DNA from: an uncultured Gammaproteobacteria bacterium
Lineage (GTDB): Bacteria; Pseudomonadota; Gammaproteobacteria; Steroidobacterales; GCA-2729495
NCBI GenBank assembly: GCA_937958785.1
Contig: CALGMY010000141.1
Location: forward strand, 1 to 54,764
Length of the DNA: 54,764 nucleotides
Reading direction: 5' to 3'
Part shown: positions 42,962 through 52,949 of the stretch, one piece after another
Layout: every line of letters starts with the position of its first letter
Position numbering within the stretch: position 1 is the stretch's first letter
Program-made: the position numbers and the translations under genes
Notes under the pieces: generated by a model
Seen by the model: the letters and a program-made list of their open reading frames with translations, nothing else
Told to the model about the DNA's origin: nothing
The model's database searches: none

Positions 42962-43401
42962 GCGGGGCTCCGGCCGGCTCCCTCGGTGGCGGCGGGCACG
43001 ACCTTGAGGCCGGGCGCGGCCATCATCTGTTCCCAGCCGCTGCGGATCTCGTCCAGCAGGTCCGCGACCTCGTCCAGCAGCCGCTGGTCGTTGCGCAGGT
43101 TGGCCTCCGTCAGCCGGCGGGTCATGTACTCGTAGAGCGCCGCCAGGTTGCCGGCGATCTCCCCGCCGCGCTCCTGGTCGAGGCAGGCGCGCAGGCCGTC
43201 GATCAGCCGCACGGCGCGCCCGAGGGCCTCGCCCTTGGCCGCCTGCTCGCCCCGCTGCATGTGGCCGCGGGCCGTGGCGATCCGGTCGAGGGCACCCTGG
43301 AGCATGCGGGCGATGAGCTGCACGCGGTCGCCGGCGGATGCGGCGCCATAGGCGTCCACCGTCCGGTACTGGTACATCGGGTTGTTGGGGCCGTAGTTCA
43401 T
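42958..43401 (-). CDS. fliS: Flagellin-specific chaperone FliS
   Basis: 147 aa. QLIARMLQGALDRIATARGHM, LIDGLRACLD and GEIAGNLAALYEYMTRRL are typical of FliS. Confidence 0.93.
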   Translation of the reverse strand: MNYGPNNPMYQYRTVDAYGAASAGDRVQLIARMLQGALDRIATARGHMQRGEQAAKGEALGRAVRLIDGLRACLDQERGGEIAGNLAALYEYMTRRLTEANLRNDQRLLDEVADLLDEIRSGWEQMMAAPGLKVVPAATEGAGRSPA

Positions 43402-43427
43402 GGCGCGAAGGTCCTTCGGAAGGGTCG

Positions 43428-44780
43428 CTAGCTGAGCTGCTGCGAGAGGAAGCTGCTGGTGTTCTTCAGCTGCCCGAGCAGCTGGTCCATGGCGTTGAAC
43501 TGGTCGAGGAGCCGGCTGCGCACCCGTTCGATGCGCTCCTCCAGGGTCTCCCGCTGGGCGGTGATGGTCTTGAGGGTGGTCTTCAGGGCGTCCTCGCGGG
43601 TGGTGATGGTGCTGCCGCTGGAGAGTGTGGCCTCCGCGATCTCCTCGAGGCGTGTCGCGAGGCCAGTGGTGCCGGCGAACAGGTTGCTCACCGCGTCGAA
43701 GTCGTCGTCGATGGCCGCGGCCAGCTTCGTGGCGTCCACCGAGAGCTTGCCGGTGATCTGGGTAGTGACGCCGATGGCGGCCAGGGAGTTGAAGGCACCA
43801 GAGCCGAGGCTGGCGCTCATCTCCCGGCGGAGCTGGTCGCGGATGCCGCGGACCGTCGCGTCACCCAGCAGCGGCGCGGCGTCCCGGGTGTCGGCGTTGT
43901 AGCGGGTCAGCTCGGTGACCGTGTCGATCAGCTTGTTGTAGGCCGTGACGAAGCCCTGTACCGAGTTCTTCGCGCTCGCCGGGTCGTACTCGACCGACAG
44001 GTCCAGCATGGTGCCGGGCTTGGCCGCCACCAGGTTGACCGTCACGCCCTCGATGGCGTCGCTGATGGCGTTGCTCGCGCTGGTCACCGGGAAGCCGTCG
44101 ATGACGATGTTGGCATCCGCGGCGGCCTGCAGCTGGAGCATCGGGTTGGCTGGCGCGCCGGCCGCGTAGGCGAAGTTGGCGAGGCCGCCATCGCCGCCGC
44201 TCACCGTCACCGTGATGGCGTTGGCGGCCCCGGTCTCGGTGGCGGACAGCACGAGGTGGGCGCCGTCGCTGGCGTTTACGATCGTGGCCCGCACGCCCGG
44301 GTTGTCGGGCGACTGGTTGATGGCGTCGCGGATGTCGTTCAGCGTGTTGGCCGGCGCCGCGATGGCAATGTTGGCCGTCTGGCCATTCACGGTGATGGCG
44401 AGCATCCCCGTGCCGACGGCGGTGGCCGCGTCCGGGAAGCCGATGGAGCGCAGGCGCTGGGCCGAGGCGAGGTTCATCACCTCGATGGAGTAGGTGCCGG
44501 GCAACGAGTCGCTGCCGGCCGTGGCCGTGAAGACCTTGTCGTCCTGGACCTTGACCGTGCGTCCCTGGAAGGTGTCCGCGTCGCTGAGTCCCGCCACCGC
44601 GTCCTTGAAGGCGGCGAGGGCGCTCTTGAACTTGCCGAGGGCCGACAGCTCCTCGTTGGCCTTGCCCTCCCGGCTCGTGAGCCGGTTGGCGGTGGGCGCG
44701 CGCTCGGCGGCCACCAGCTGCTCGACGATCGAGTTGATGTCGAGGCCGGAGCCGAGTCCGGTGGACGTCAGTGTGGCCAT
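43428..44780 (-). CDS. fliD: Flagellar filament cap protein FliD
   Basis: 450 aa. N-terminus TSTGLGSGLDINSIVEQLVAAERAP. C-terminus RLLDQFNAMDQLLGQLKNTSSFLSQQL. Confidence 0.95.
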   Translation of the reverse strand: MATLTSTGLGSGLDINSIVEQLVAAERAPTANRLTSREGKANEELSALGKFKSALAAFKDAVAGLSDADTFQGRTVKVQDDKVFTATAGSDSLPGTYSIEVMNLASAQRLRSIGFPDAATAVGTGMLAITVNGQTANIAIAAPANTLNDIRDAINQSPDNPGVRATIVNASDGAHLVLSATETGAANAITVTVSGGDGGLANFAYAAGAPANPMLQLQAAADANIVIDGFPVTSASNAISDAIEGVTVNLVAAKPGTMLDLSVEYDPASAKNSVQGFVTAYNKLIDTVTELTRYNADTRDAAPLLGDATVRGIRDQLRREMSASLGSGAFNSLAAIGVTTQITGKLSVDATKLAAAIDDDFDAVSNLFAGTTGLATRLEEIAEATLSSGSTITTREDALKTTLKTITAQRETLEERIERVRSRLLDQFNAMDQLLGQLKNTSSFLSQQLS

Positions 44781-44831
44781 GGTGCGCGGTGGTCCGTTTC
44801 AGGGGCTCGGGTCGGGCTCATGCCCTGACCG

Positions 44832-44848
44832 AAGCAAGATGCGTGCCA
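44832..44848 (-). promoter_or_regulatory. Sigma-54 promoter upstream of fliD
   Basis: Minus strand reads TGGCACGCATCTTGCTT, matching TGGCACG-N4-TTGCW. The -12 element lies about 54 nt before the fliD ATG. Confidence 0.8.
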
Positions 44849-44862
44849 TTCGTTCCGGCCGG

Positions 44863-45225
44863 TCAGGCCAGGTCGGAGAAGAGCCGGCCGCCGGTGGCAC
44901 CGATCGCCCGGGCGAGCTTCAGCACCTCCTCACCGGGGATCTGGCGGATAACCTCGTTGGTCTCGGGGTTTACGACCCGGACGATGGTGCGCCCGCTGTC
45001 CGCGTCCACCTGGAACTGCAGCTGGCGCTGGGAATCATTGAGGTAGCTCTGGATCTGCTGGACGGCCTGGGCCACCCGCTCCGGGGTGGGCTCCGGGGCC
45101 TTGTCCTCCGGCAGCTTCTCGCCGGTTTCGGGCAAAGCCTTGCCGGTGGCCTGCTTCTCGGGCCTCCCGGCGCTCGTCGCCGCCGGCGTGCCGGTGGCGG
45201 TGCGTATGTTCAGACTGCTGTCCAC
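44863..45225 (-). CDS. flaG: Flagellar protein FlaG
   Basis: 120 aa. GTG start 4 nt after GAGGTGA. LQFQVDADSGRTIVRVVNPETNEVIRQIPGEEVLKLA is the FlaG core. Confidence 0.9.
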   Translation of the reverse strand: MDSSLNIRTATGTPAATSAGRPEKQATGKALPETGEKLPEDKAPEPTPERVAQAVQQIQSYLNDSQRQLQFQVDADSGRTIVRVVNPETNEVIRQIPGEEVLKLARAIGATGGRLFSDLA

Positions 45226-45246
45226 TGCTCACCTCGCCTCGAGGCG

Positions 45247-45270
45247 GTAGGAGCGGCTTCAGCCGCGAAT
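45247..45270. repeat. REP-like element
   Basis: gtaggagcggcttcagccgcgaat, with internal hairpin GCGGCT-tc-AGCCGC. Lies in the fliC-flaG spacer. Confidence 0.85.
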
Positions 45271-45295
45271 CCGTCTCATGTCAAGGCGGAAGGGG

Positions 45296-45315
45296 GGCCG
45301 GCTGTGAAGCCGGCC
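45296..45315 (-). terminator. Terminator-like hairpin downstream of fliC
   Basis: ggccggct-gtga-agccggcc forms an 8-bp perfect GC stem, 26 nt after the fliC TAA. Followed on the minus strand by CCCCTTCC, a weak U tract. Confidence 0.5.
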
Positions 45316-45340
45316 ACCCGTCCCTGGTCGTCTTCGTCGC

Positions 45341-46783
45341 TTACCGGAACAGACCCAGCACCGTCTGGGGAGCCGCGTTGGCCTGGGCCAACACCGCCAC
45401 GCCCGCCTGCTGCAGGATCTGGGCCCGGGTCAGGGCCGCCGTCTCGGCCGCGAAATCGGCGTCCTGGATCCGGCTGCGGGAGGCCGTGAGGTTCTCCGCG
45501 ACGCTGGACAGGTTCGAGATCGTGGACTCGAAGCGGTTCTGGATGGCGCCGAGCTGGCTCCGGAGCGAGGACACGGCGGTGAGGGCCGCGTCAGCGCGCT
45601 GGATGGCCGTGTTGGCGTTCGCCACCGACGTCACGCTGACCGTGGAGAGGGTCGTCGTGTCGACGGCGATCGAGGTGCCGGCGAAGCCGATCGCCGCGTT
45701 CGCACCGCCCAGGGTGATGTTCTGGGCAGCAGCCAGCGTGATCGTGCCCCGCAGCGTGCCTTCCTGGGCAGCCGCGATGCCGGTACCGGTCAGCGTCGCG
45801 CCAGCGCCCTGGGTGATCGTCTCGGCGACCACCACATTGCGGCCGTCAGCCGCGGTCAGGGTCAGGCTGGTGCCCGACACGGCCGCGGAAACGCCCGTCT
45901 GGGTGGAGAACAGGTTGATCTGCGCAGCGACGTCGGCGGCCGTCAGCGAGGCGCCGGCGGCAACGTTGTCGGCACCCGCGTAGATCGCCACGCCGTTCAC
46001 CGTCAGGTTATAGGTCGAAGTCGCGGCCGCGTTGTTGATGGTCGAGAACGTGCCGGTCGTGACGTTGGTGGCGGTGGCGGTCAGGCCCGAGACGCCGGCC
46101 GCGTTGATCGCATTGACCTTCGCGTAGGCGCTGTCGGCCGTCTGCTGCACCTGGGTACCGGCGGCGCTGGCGCCGACGGACACCGCGGCCGCCTGGCCCA
46201 CGGCGATCGTGAGGCTGCCATCCGTCAGGACCGCGTTGGTCACCGCCGTGCCCGTGGCCGTGGCGATCTGGCCAAGCTGGTCAGCCCGGACGCCCGTGGT
46301 CAGGTTCACGTTGATCGTCTCGCCGACGTTCGCGCCGACCTGGAACTGGGCGGAGCCGAAGCTGCCGTCGAGGACCTTCTGGCCGTTGAACGAGGTCTGG
46401 GAGGCGATGCGGTTGATTTCCGCGATGCGCTGCTGCACTTCCTGGTCGAGGGCGGCCCGGTCCGACGCAGAGTTGGTCGCGTTGGCGGCCTGCACGGCCA
46501 GCTCACGGATGCGCTGCAGGTTGTTGCCGAGCTCATCCAGGGCCGACTCGGCCGTCTGGGACAGGGAGATGCCGTCGTTGGCGTTCCGGACAGCCTGGTT
46601 CAGGCCGCGGATCTGGGTGGTGAAGCGGTCGGCGATCGCGAGACCCGCAGCGTCGTCCTTGGCGCTGTTGATCCGGAGACCGGAGGAAAGCCGCTGCAGC
46701 GCGGTGGACAGGGTGCTGTCGGAGCGCGACAGGTTGCGCTGGGCGTTCAGCGACAGCACGTTGGTATTTACGACACTAGGCAT
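45341..46783 (-). CDS. fliC: Flagellin
   Basis: 480 aa. Conserved N-terminus ([36 protein letters not shown]) and C-terminus ([39 protein letters not shown]). Ala/Thr/Gly-rich central region. GGAGGG 6 nt before the ATG. Confidence 0.97.
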   Translation of the reverse strand: MPSVVNTNVLSLNAQRNLSRSDSTLSTALQRLSSGLRINSAKDDAAGLAIADRFTTQIRGLNQAVRNANDGISLSQTAESALDELGNNLQRIRELAVQAANATNSASDRAALDQEVQQRIAEINRIASQTSFNGQKVLDGSFGSAQFQVGANVGETINVNLTTGVRADQLGQIATATGTAVTNAVLTDGSLTIAVGQAAAVSVGASAAGTQVQQTADSAYAKVNAINAAGVSGLTATATNVTTGTFSTINNAAATSTYNLTVNGVAIYAGADNVAAGASLTAADVAAQINLFSTQTGVSAAVSGTSLTLTAADGRNVVVAETITQGAGATLTGTGIAAAQEGTLRGTITLAAAQNITLGGANAAIGFAGTSIAVDTTTLSTVSVTSVANANTAIQRADAALTAVSSLRSQLGAIQNRFESTISNLSSVAENLTASRSRIQDADFAAETAALTRAQILQQAGVAVLAQANAAPQTVLGLFR

Positions 46784-46875
46784 GATGCCCTCCTGATGTT
46801 GAACCGAATTCGCCGGCTTTCCTCAAGTCCACCCCAAGCCTTGGGAGGGAAACCTTGTGAAGCTGTGCGGGGTGG

Positions 46876-46905
46876 ATATCGGCCGGGGAGGAGGGGGACT
46901 TGAAG
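46876..46905 (-). promoter_or_regulatory. Sigma-28 (FliA) promoter for fliC
   Basis: Minus strand reads CTTCAAGT-N14-GCCGATAT, compared with the TAAAGTTT-N11-GCCGATAA class-IV consensus. The spacer is a few nt longer than that consensus, but TCAA-N16-GCCGATA is close to the alternative TAAA-N15-GCCGATAA form. About 90 nt upstream of the fliC ATG. Confidence 0.7.
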
Positions 46906-46933
46906 CGGAGGATGTGACGCGGGTCGCAGATTC

Positions 46934-46990
46934 GTAGGAGCGGCTTCAGCCGCGATTCAAACGGGGATCGCGCCTGAAGGCGCTCCTACA
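46934..46990. repeat. Inverted pair of REP-like elements
   Basis: gtaggagcggcttcagccgcgatt (46934-57) faces atcgcgcctgaaggcgctcctaca (46967-90). The TAG of the second copy is the flgL stop codon (46986-88). Confidence 0.85.
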
Positions 46991-48173
46991 GCACGTCGAA
47001 GAGGGAGAGGGACTGGGTCCTCGCGTAGGCCTTCTGCGCCGCCTCCAGGCTCGTGAGCTGCTGCTCCAGCCGGGAGATGGCCGTGGCGTAGTCCAGGTCC
47101 TCGATCGTCGAAAGCGAGCTCTTGAGCTCCAGGGCCACGTCCGCGTTGCTGTCGAGCTGCTGGTCGATGGTGGCGAGGCGCGCGCCCACCTGGCTGCGGA
47201 AGTTGCCGATGTGGGTCAGGGCCTGGTCCAGGTCCTGCAGGTTGGCATTGACCAGGTTCTGGAAGGTGGACCGGCCCGCGGCATCGTTCGTGTTGGTGCC
47301 CAGCAGGTCGATGAAGTCCTGGACCGTGCGGAACACGTCCTGGAAGCCGGCCGACCCGACGGTGAACTGGTCACCGGCGGCCGGTGTGCCCTGGAACTGG
47401 ATGCTGGCGCCGAGGAAGCTCACCGTATCGCCCGGCGCGTAGGTGCCGTTGTCCACCACCACCCCGGCGCTGCTCACTTCCCAGGTCGTGGCGGAGGTGA
47501 ACTGGAGCGTGTAGGTGCCGTTGATAAAGCCCGTCCCGCTCGCCACTTCGGCCGACGTCCAGGACGCCGTGCCCGCGTTCCCGGCGGCCGGGGTGATGGT
47601 GTACGCCCCGTTGCCGCTCGCGATCTGCATGAACACGGCGGAGCCCGCATCGTTCTCCTGCACGGTCCGGGCGTCGGCCACCCGCTGGGAGCGCACGCCG
47701 GTGTCGCCGGCGTACTGCACGCCGCCCGACTGGACGAAGGGCCGGGTTTGAACGAGGTTGCCGGCGAAGAGGTAGCGGCCCTCGCCGTCCTGGGCGTTGG
47801 CAATGTTGAGCAGGCCGGTCAGCAGCTCCTTCGCCTCGGCGGCGATCGCGGCCCGGCTCTCGTTGGTCTGGGTGCCGTTCGCGGCCTGGATCGAGAGCTC
47901 CCGGATCCGGTTCAGGGTGTCGGTCGCGCCCGCCAGGGAGTCTTCCTCGAGCGACAGCCGGCGCCTGGCCGTCTCGGCGTTGGTGCCGAAGTTCTCCAGC
48001 CGGTCCAGGCCCTGCTGCAGCAGCAGGCCCTGGGCCGCGCCGGCCGGGTCGTCGGCCGCGGTGCTGATGCGCTTGCCGCTGCTCACCTGGCCCTGGATCT
48101 CGGCCAGTTCCGCCTGCTGGCGCCGGATGGCCGACAGCCACTGCAGCTGGTAGACGTTCGAGGCTATGCGCAT
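46986..48173 (-). CDS. flgL: Hook-filament junction protein FlgL (HAP3)
   Basis: 395 aa. Flagellin-like N-terminus (MRIASNVYQ..VSSGKRISTAADDPAGAA) and C-terminal helices. Confidence 0.93.
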   Translation of the reverse strand: MRIASNVYQLQWLSAIRRQQAELAEIQGQVSSGKRISTAADDPAGAAQGLLLQQGLDRLENFGTNAETARRRLSLEEDSLAGATDTLNRIRELSIQAANGTQTNESRAAIAAEAKELLTGLLNIANAQDGEGRYLFAGNLVQTRPFVQSGGVQYAGDTGVRSQRVADARTVQENDAGSAVFMQIASGNGAYTITPAAGNAGTASWTSAEVASGTGFINGTYTLQFTSATTWEVSSAGVVVDNGTYAPGDTVSFLGASIQFQGTPAAGDQFTVGSAGFQDVFRTVQDFIDLLGTNTNDAAGRSTFQNLVNANLQDLDQALTHIGNFRSQVGARLATIDQQLDSNADVALELKSSLSTIEDLDYATAISRLEQQLTSLEAAQKAYARTQSLSLFDVL

Positions 48174-48175
48174 GC

Positions 48176-50068
48176 TCAGCGTCCCACGATCTGGATCAGG
48201 TTCTGGAACAGGCCGTCGGCGACGCTGATCACCTTGCTCGCCGCGAGGTAGGCCTGCTGGTAGCGCAGCATGTTGGCCGCCTCCTCGTCCAGGTTCACGC
48301 CGGAGACGTTCTCCAGGTCGATCTCGGCCTGCTCCCGGAGGGTCTGCTGCACCTTCACCTCGTTGGCCGCCCGATTGGCCGTCGAGCCGACCGTGGCCAG
48401 GATGTCCGCGCCCACGTCATTGACGGACTGGGTGCCGCCCGCGAAGAAGCCCTGCTGGGCAACCCCGGCGAGGGCCTGGATGTTGGCGTTGTCGCCGCTG
48501 CCGGCCGCCGCCGCCGAGACGATGAAGCGGTCGCCGGTCTGGGGCTGGCCGCTCACCTCGACCGTCCAGCCCGCGAAGCTGATGGTCCCGCCGCTGGTGT
48601 AGGGCAGGGGGCCCACCAGGTCGAGGCCGCCGCCCGTGAAGACCACGTAGGAACTCGGCGAGTCGAAGACGATGTTGGCCGTGGTCAGCAGCTTCGGGTC
48701 CGTGATGTCGGTGACGGACGGCGCGCCGACGGTCGCGACCGAGGCGTTGGTGGCCGAGGCGCGGGACACCAGCGGTGCCGCGGCGGCAATGGCCGCCGGG
48801 TCCGTCAGCGCGACGCCGAACTGGCTGGCGGCGCTGGCGAAGGGCCGGACCAGGAAGCGGTCCCCGGCCGCGGCGCTGGCCGTGACCGAGAGGCCGGCGA
48901 AGACGAGCGGGCTGCCCGCCGTGCCCGCGCCGGTCGCCGGTATGGCGGTGCCCGTCTGCGCATCACGGACGGACCAGGCGGCGCCGTCGAAGCGCAGCTC
49001 GTAGTCCCGGGACGAGAGCGCGCTCGCGTCGGTGATCACGGCCGCCAGGGTGGAGCCTGCGGAATTTCCGGACGCCCCGGACGACACCGGGGCACCGGTC
49101 GTGAAGAAGTCGCCGCCCAGGTCGCCGGCGAGGTCCATGCCCTGGCGGTGCTGGGCATTGAAGGCGGCGCCGAGTCCCACGGCCAGCTGGCCCAGGTCGC
49201 GCCGCGCGCCGTCCAGCACGTCGTTGCGGAAGGCCAGCAGTCCGCCCACCAGGCCCCCGTTGACCTTGTTGCTGATGACCTGCGGGCCGCCGCCAAAGTC
49301 CACGGCGAGCTGCAGGCGGGAGGCATCGAAGTCGTCCTGCACCGTCAGCACCCGGGCCGCGTTCGGGCCGAGGACCAGCGACTGGCCGCTGCCGACCAGC
49401 ACGTTCACGCTGCCGTCGCCCTGGCGCACGGTGGTGATGTCGACCAGCCCGCCCAGCTCCTTCAGCAGTTCGTCCCGCTGGTCCAGCAGGTTGGCTCCCG
49501 CCGAGCTGCCCGCCGCCATGATCTGGCCGTTGACCGCGGCGAGCTGGCTCGCCAGCTGGTTGATGGCGCCCGCCGCATCCTGCAGGCGGCCGTCGATCTC
49601 GTTGCCGAGGCCGTCCAGCTGGAGGTCCAGCTGGTCGAGCCGCGTCGCCAGGCTCTCGCCCTCCAGCAGCAGCTGCTGGCGCTGGGCGATGGAGGTCGGG
49701 TCGCGGCCCACCGCCTCGACCTGGTCGAAGAAACGCTGCACCGACGCGCTGATCCCGGTGTCCGGATTGCCGAGGATCGTGTCTAGCCGGGATGCGTAGG
49801 CCCCGAAGGCGGCGTAGCGCTGCTCGAGGGAGGTGGTGTTCCGCAGGTTGTCGGTCAGGAACTGGTCGTAGACGCGCGAGATATCGGCCACGGCCACGCC
49901 GGCGCCGATCGTGAAGTTGCCGAGCGGCGTGCCGGGACGCTCGACGAAGTCGATGCGCTGGCGCACATAGCCCGCCGTGTTGGCGTTGGCGATGTTGTTG
50001 CTCGTGGTCTGCAGCGCCCGCTGGGCGGCCAGCAGGGCGGTGAGGCCGTTGGTGATCGTCCCGCTCAT
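48176..50068 (-). CDS. flgK: Hook-filament junction protein FlgK (HAP1)
   Basis: 630 aa. N-terminus GLTALLAAQRALQTTSNNIANANTAGYVRQ. C-terminus GVNLDEEAANMLRYQQAYLAASKVISVAD. Confidence 0.96.
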   Translation of the reverse strand: MSGTITNGLTALLAAQRALQTTSNNIANANTAGYVRQRIDFVERPGTPLGNFTIGAGVAVADISRVYDQFLTDNLRNTTSLEQRYAAFGAYASRLDTILGNPDTGISASVQRFFDQVEAVGRDPTSIAQRQQLLLEGESLATRLDQLDLQLDGLGNEIDGRLQDAAGAINQLASQLAAVNGQIMAAGSSAGANLLDQRDELLKELGGLVDITTVRQGDGSVNVLVGSGQSLVLGPNAARVLTVQDDFDASRLQLAVDFGGGPQVISNKVNGGLVGGLLAFRNDVLDGARRDLGQLAVGLGAAFNAQHRQGMDLAGDLGGDFFTTGAPVSSGASGNSAGSTLAAVITDASALSSRDYELRFDGAAWSVRDAQTGTAIPATGAGTAGSPLVFAGLSVTASAAAGDRFLVRPFASAASQFGVALTDPAAIAAAAPLVSRASATNASVATVGAPSVTDITDPKLLTTANIVFDSPSSYVVFTGGGLDLVGPLPYTSGGTISFAGWTVEVSGQPQTGDRFIVSAAAAGSGDNANIQALAGVAQQGFFAGGTQSVNDVGADILATVGSTANRAANEVKVQQTLREQAEIDLENVSGVNLDEEAANMLRYQQAYLAASKVISVADGLFQNLIQIVGR

Positions 50069-50107
50069 GGCTCTTCAACTCGGCACATCGTCGTCACTCC
50101 TTGAGGC

Positions 50108-51085
50108 CTAGCGGGCCGGATCCAGCAGCGAACTGGCGGCGATGCTGCGGATCTTTTCTGCATAACGCGGGTCGGTGGCGTAGCCCGCCGACTGCAGGCC
50201 CGCCGCGTAGGTGTCAGCACTGGCGCCGGCCCGCAACGCATCCCCGTAGCGCGGATTGCCCTGCAGGAAGCGGACATAATCCTCGAAGCCGGACGCGAGG
50301 TCGGGATAGGCGCGGAACTGGGCCCGCTGGGGTTTTGGTAAACCGCCCTCGTACTCGAGGGTGGTCACCGTCACCCGCGGGCCGCTCCAGCGGGAGTCCG
50401 CCTTGATGCCGAAGAGGTTGTTGCCACTCACGCCGGCATCGTCCCGGATCAGGCGGCTGCCCCAGCCGGTCTCGAGGGCGGCCTGGGCGACGATGGCCCG
50501 CGGATTCACGCCGAGCTTTTCCCCCGCACGCACCGCGAGTGGCCAGATCTCCCGCACGAATTCCTCGCGGCTGCCCGGCCGGAAGTCGCTACGGGCGGAC
50601 GTGGTGAAGGCGGCCGGCGCGGCGGGTTCCTCCGCCGCCGGCAGCGCGATGCTGAGCCGCGCGGCGAGCTCGGCAGGGTCGGGCACCATCAGCGCCGGCG
50701 TGACGCCCGCCGGCAGCTCGGGCAGTTCGGCACTGGCGCGGGCAGGCAGGCGCGTGAGCAGCATGGCGAGTTCCGCCGGCGGCTGTGCACCATCCGCCCC
50801 GTCGGTGTCACCGAGCTGCTTCGCGAGGAGATCGGCGAGGCCGAGGCCCTTGCCCTTCGTCATCTCCAGCGAGATCTGCTTGTCGAACATCTCCTCGTAG
50901 GTCGTGTCCCGCTCCTCGCCGAGCACGGCGTTGGCGTCGCGCATGCTCTTCAGCATCATCTGCACGAACAGGGCCTCGAACTGGCGGGCCGCCTCCCGGG
51001 CGGCCGCCGGCGAGCGTGCGCCCGCATCAGAGCGCAGCTGAGAAAGGCCCTGGAAGTCGTTGATATTGTTGATCTGAACGGTCAT
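50108..51085 (-). CDS. flgJ: Flagellar rod assembly protein / peptidoglycan hydrolase FlgJ
   Basis: 325 aa. N-terminal rod-binding domain (AAREAARQFEALFVQMMLKSMR) and C-terminal glucosaminidase domain (AQAALETGWG, NNLFGIK). Confidence 0.93.
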   Translation of the reverse strand: MTVQINNINDFQGLSQLRSDAGARSPAAAREAARQFEALFVQMMLKSMRDANAVLGEERDTTYEEMFDKQISLEMTKGKGLGLADLLAKQLGDTDGADGAQPPAELAMLLTRLPARASAELPELPAGVTPALMVPDPAELAARLSIALPAAEEPAAPAAFTTSARSDFRPGSREEFVREIWPLAVRAGEKLGVNPRAIVAQAALETGWGSRLIRDDAGVSGNNLFGIKADSRWSGPRVTVTTLEYEGGLPKPQRAQFRAYPDLASGFEDYVRFLQGNPRYGDALRAGASADTYAAGLQSAGYATDPRYAEKIRSIAASSLLDPAR

Positions 51086-51094
51086 CGCCAGTCG

Positions 51095-52234
51095 TCAGAT
51101 CACGATCAGCTCGGCGCGCAGGGCGCCGGCCTCCCGCAGGGCCTCCAGGATCGCCACCAGGTCGCCGGGAGCGGCCCCCACCTGGTTGACGGCCTGGACG
51201 ATGTCGTTCAGCTCGACGCCCGGCCGGAACAGGAACATCCGGTTGTCGCCCTGGGTGACCTCGATCTGAGAGTCCGGCGTCACCACCGTCTCGCCGTTCT
51301 CGCTGAACGGCTGGGGCTGGCTGACGTCGAAGTCTTCCGTGATGGAGACCACCAGCGAGCCGTGGGACACGGCGGCCGGCGACACCTGCACGCTGGCGTT
51401 GATCACGACCGTGCCGGTGCGGGAATTCACGATCACCTTCGCCGCGGCCTCGCCCGGGGTCATCTCCAGGTTCTCGAGGGTGGCGATCAGCGAGATGCGG
51501 TCGGCCTGGCTCGCCGGCGCGCGCACCTGCACGGACATGGGGTCCCGGGCCTCGGCGGTGCCGGCGCCCAGCAGGTTGTTGATGGTCTCGGCGAGTCGCG
51601 TCGAGGTGGTGAAGTCGGGCCGGTGCAGGTTCAGTGTCAGCAGCTCGGCCTCGCCGATGACCGTGCGCACCTCGCGCTCCACCGTCGCGCCGTTCGGCAC
51701 GCGCCCGACGCTCGGCACGTTGATGGAGATCTTCGAGCCGTCCTCCCCGGACAGGCCGAGGCCGCCCACGGCCAGGTTGCCCTGGGCCATCGCGTAGACC
51801 TGGCCATCCAGGCCCTTCAGCGGCGTGATCAGCAGCGTGCCACCCCGCAGGCTCTTGGCGTTGGCAATGGACGACACGGTCACGTCGATGCGCTGCCCCG
51901 CCTTGGCGAAGGGCGGCAGGTCCGCGTGCACGGCGACCGCCGCGACGTTCTTCAGCTGCAGGCTGGTGCCGGCCGGGATGGTGACCCCGAGGCGCTCCAG
52001 CATGCTGATGAGGCTCTGGGTGGTGAAGGGCGCCTGGGTCGTCTGGTCGCCCGTGCCGTCCAGGCCGACCACCAGGCCGTAGCCCACCAGCTGGTTCTGG
52101 CGCACGCCGGCCACCGCGGCCAGGTCCTTGACCCGGTCGGCCCGGGCGGGCGCCATCTGCAGCAGCAGGGCCGTGAGGGCCCCGGCCACCAGGAAGAGCG
52201 TGTGGCGGCGGATCTCGTCGCGTTGCTTGCGCAT
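51095..52234 (-). CDS. flgI: Flagellar P-ring protein FlgI
   Basis: 379 aa with a signal peptide. [30 protein letters not shown]. Confidence 0.97.
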   Translation of the reverse strand: MRKQRDEIRRHTLFLVAGALTALLLQMAPARADRVKDLAAVAGVRQNQLVGYGLVVGLDGTGDQTTQAPFTTQSLISMLERLGVTIPAGTSLQLKNVAAVAVHADLPPFAKAGQRIDVTVSSIANAKSLRGGTLLITPLKGLDGQVYAMAQGNLAVGGLGLSGEDGSKISINVPSVGRVPNGATVEREVRTVIGEAELLTLNLHRPDFTTSTRLAETINNLLGAGTAEARDPMSVQVRAPASQADRISLIATLENLEMTPGEAAAKVIVNSRTGTVVINASVQVSPAAVSHGSLVVSITEDFDVSQPQPFSENGETVVTPDSQIEVTQGDNRMFLFRPGVELNDIVQAVNQVGAAPGDLVAILEALREAGALRAELIVI

Positions 52235-52256
52235 GTCGGGTCGTTCCTCGCGGGCC

Positions 52257-52949
52257 TCAGAGGGGCCAGAGCTTCATGAAGAAGCGGGCGAGCAGGCCGG
52301 GGCGGTTGGAATCCGCCAGGGTGCCCTTGCCGCTGTAGGTGATGCGGGCATCCGCCACCTTGTAGGAAGGCACGGAGTTGTCCGAGCCGATGTCCACCGG
52401 CCGCACGATGCCGGCGATCTGCACGTATTCCTCGCCCTGGTTCAGGGTGAGCCACTTCTCGCCGCGCACGTACAGGTTGCCGTTGGGGTACACGTCGGCG
52501 ACCGTCACCGTGATGTCGCCCTCCAGCCGGTTGCTCTGGCTGCTGTTGCCCTGGCCCTGGAATTCCTGGGTGGTGGCCCACTCGTTGTTCAGGATCTGGT
52601 CGCCGTTCTTCGTCACCGGGCCGCCGAGCAGGGTCGGGATGCCGGTGTCGATGCTGCTGTCCTTGGTGGCCCCGGTGCTGGCGCTCTTGGAGGCCTGGGT
52701 CCGCTCGGCCAGCCGGATGGTCACCGTGTCGCCGATGCGGCGGGCCTTCACGTCCGAGAACAGGGCCAGCTCGAGGCCGGCCTGGTAGATCGTGCCGCTG
52801 GACGCGGGTGGCGGCGCGTAGGTCGGCGGCGGAGTGGGCGCGTAGGCGCCTGCCCGCACGCCCGGCAGCGCCGGCGAGCAGGCGGCCAGCACGAAGAGCG
52901 CCACGAGGGCACCGGCGGCGATGAGCATGCGCGTGTTCATGGCGATCAC
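52257..52949 (-). CDS. flgH: Flagellar L-ring lipoprotein FlgH
   Basis: 230 aa. Lipobox [20 protein letters not shown] and [21 protein letters not shown]. Confidence 0.96.
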   Translation of the reverse strand: MIAMNTRMLIAAGALVALFVLAACSPALPGVRAGAYAPTPPPTYAPPPASSGTIYQAGLELALFSDVKARRIGDTVTIRLAERTQASKSASTGATKDSSIDTGIPTLLGGPVTKNGDQILNNEWATTQEFQGQGNSSQSNRLEGDITVTVADVYPNGNLYVRGEKWLTLNQGEEYVQIAGIVRPVDIGSDNSVPSYKVADARITYSGKGTLADSNRPGLLARFFMKLWPL

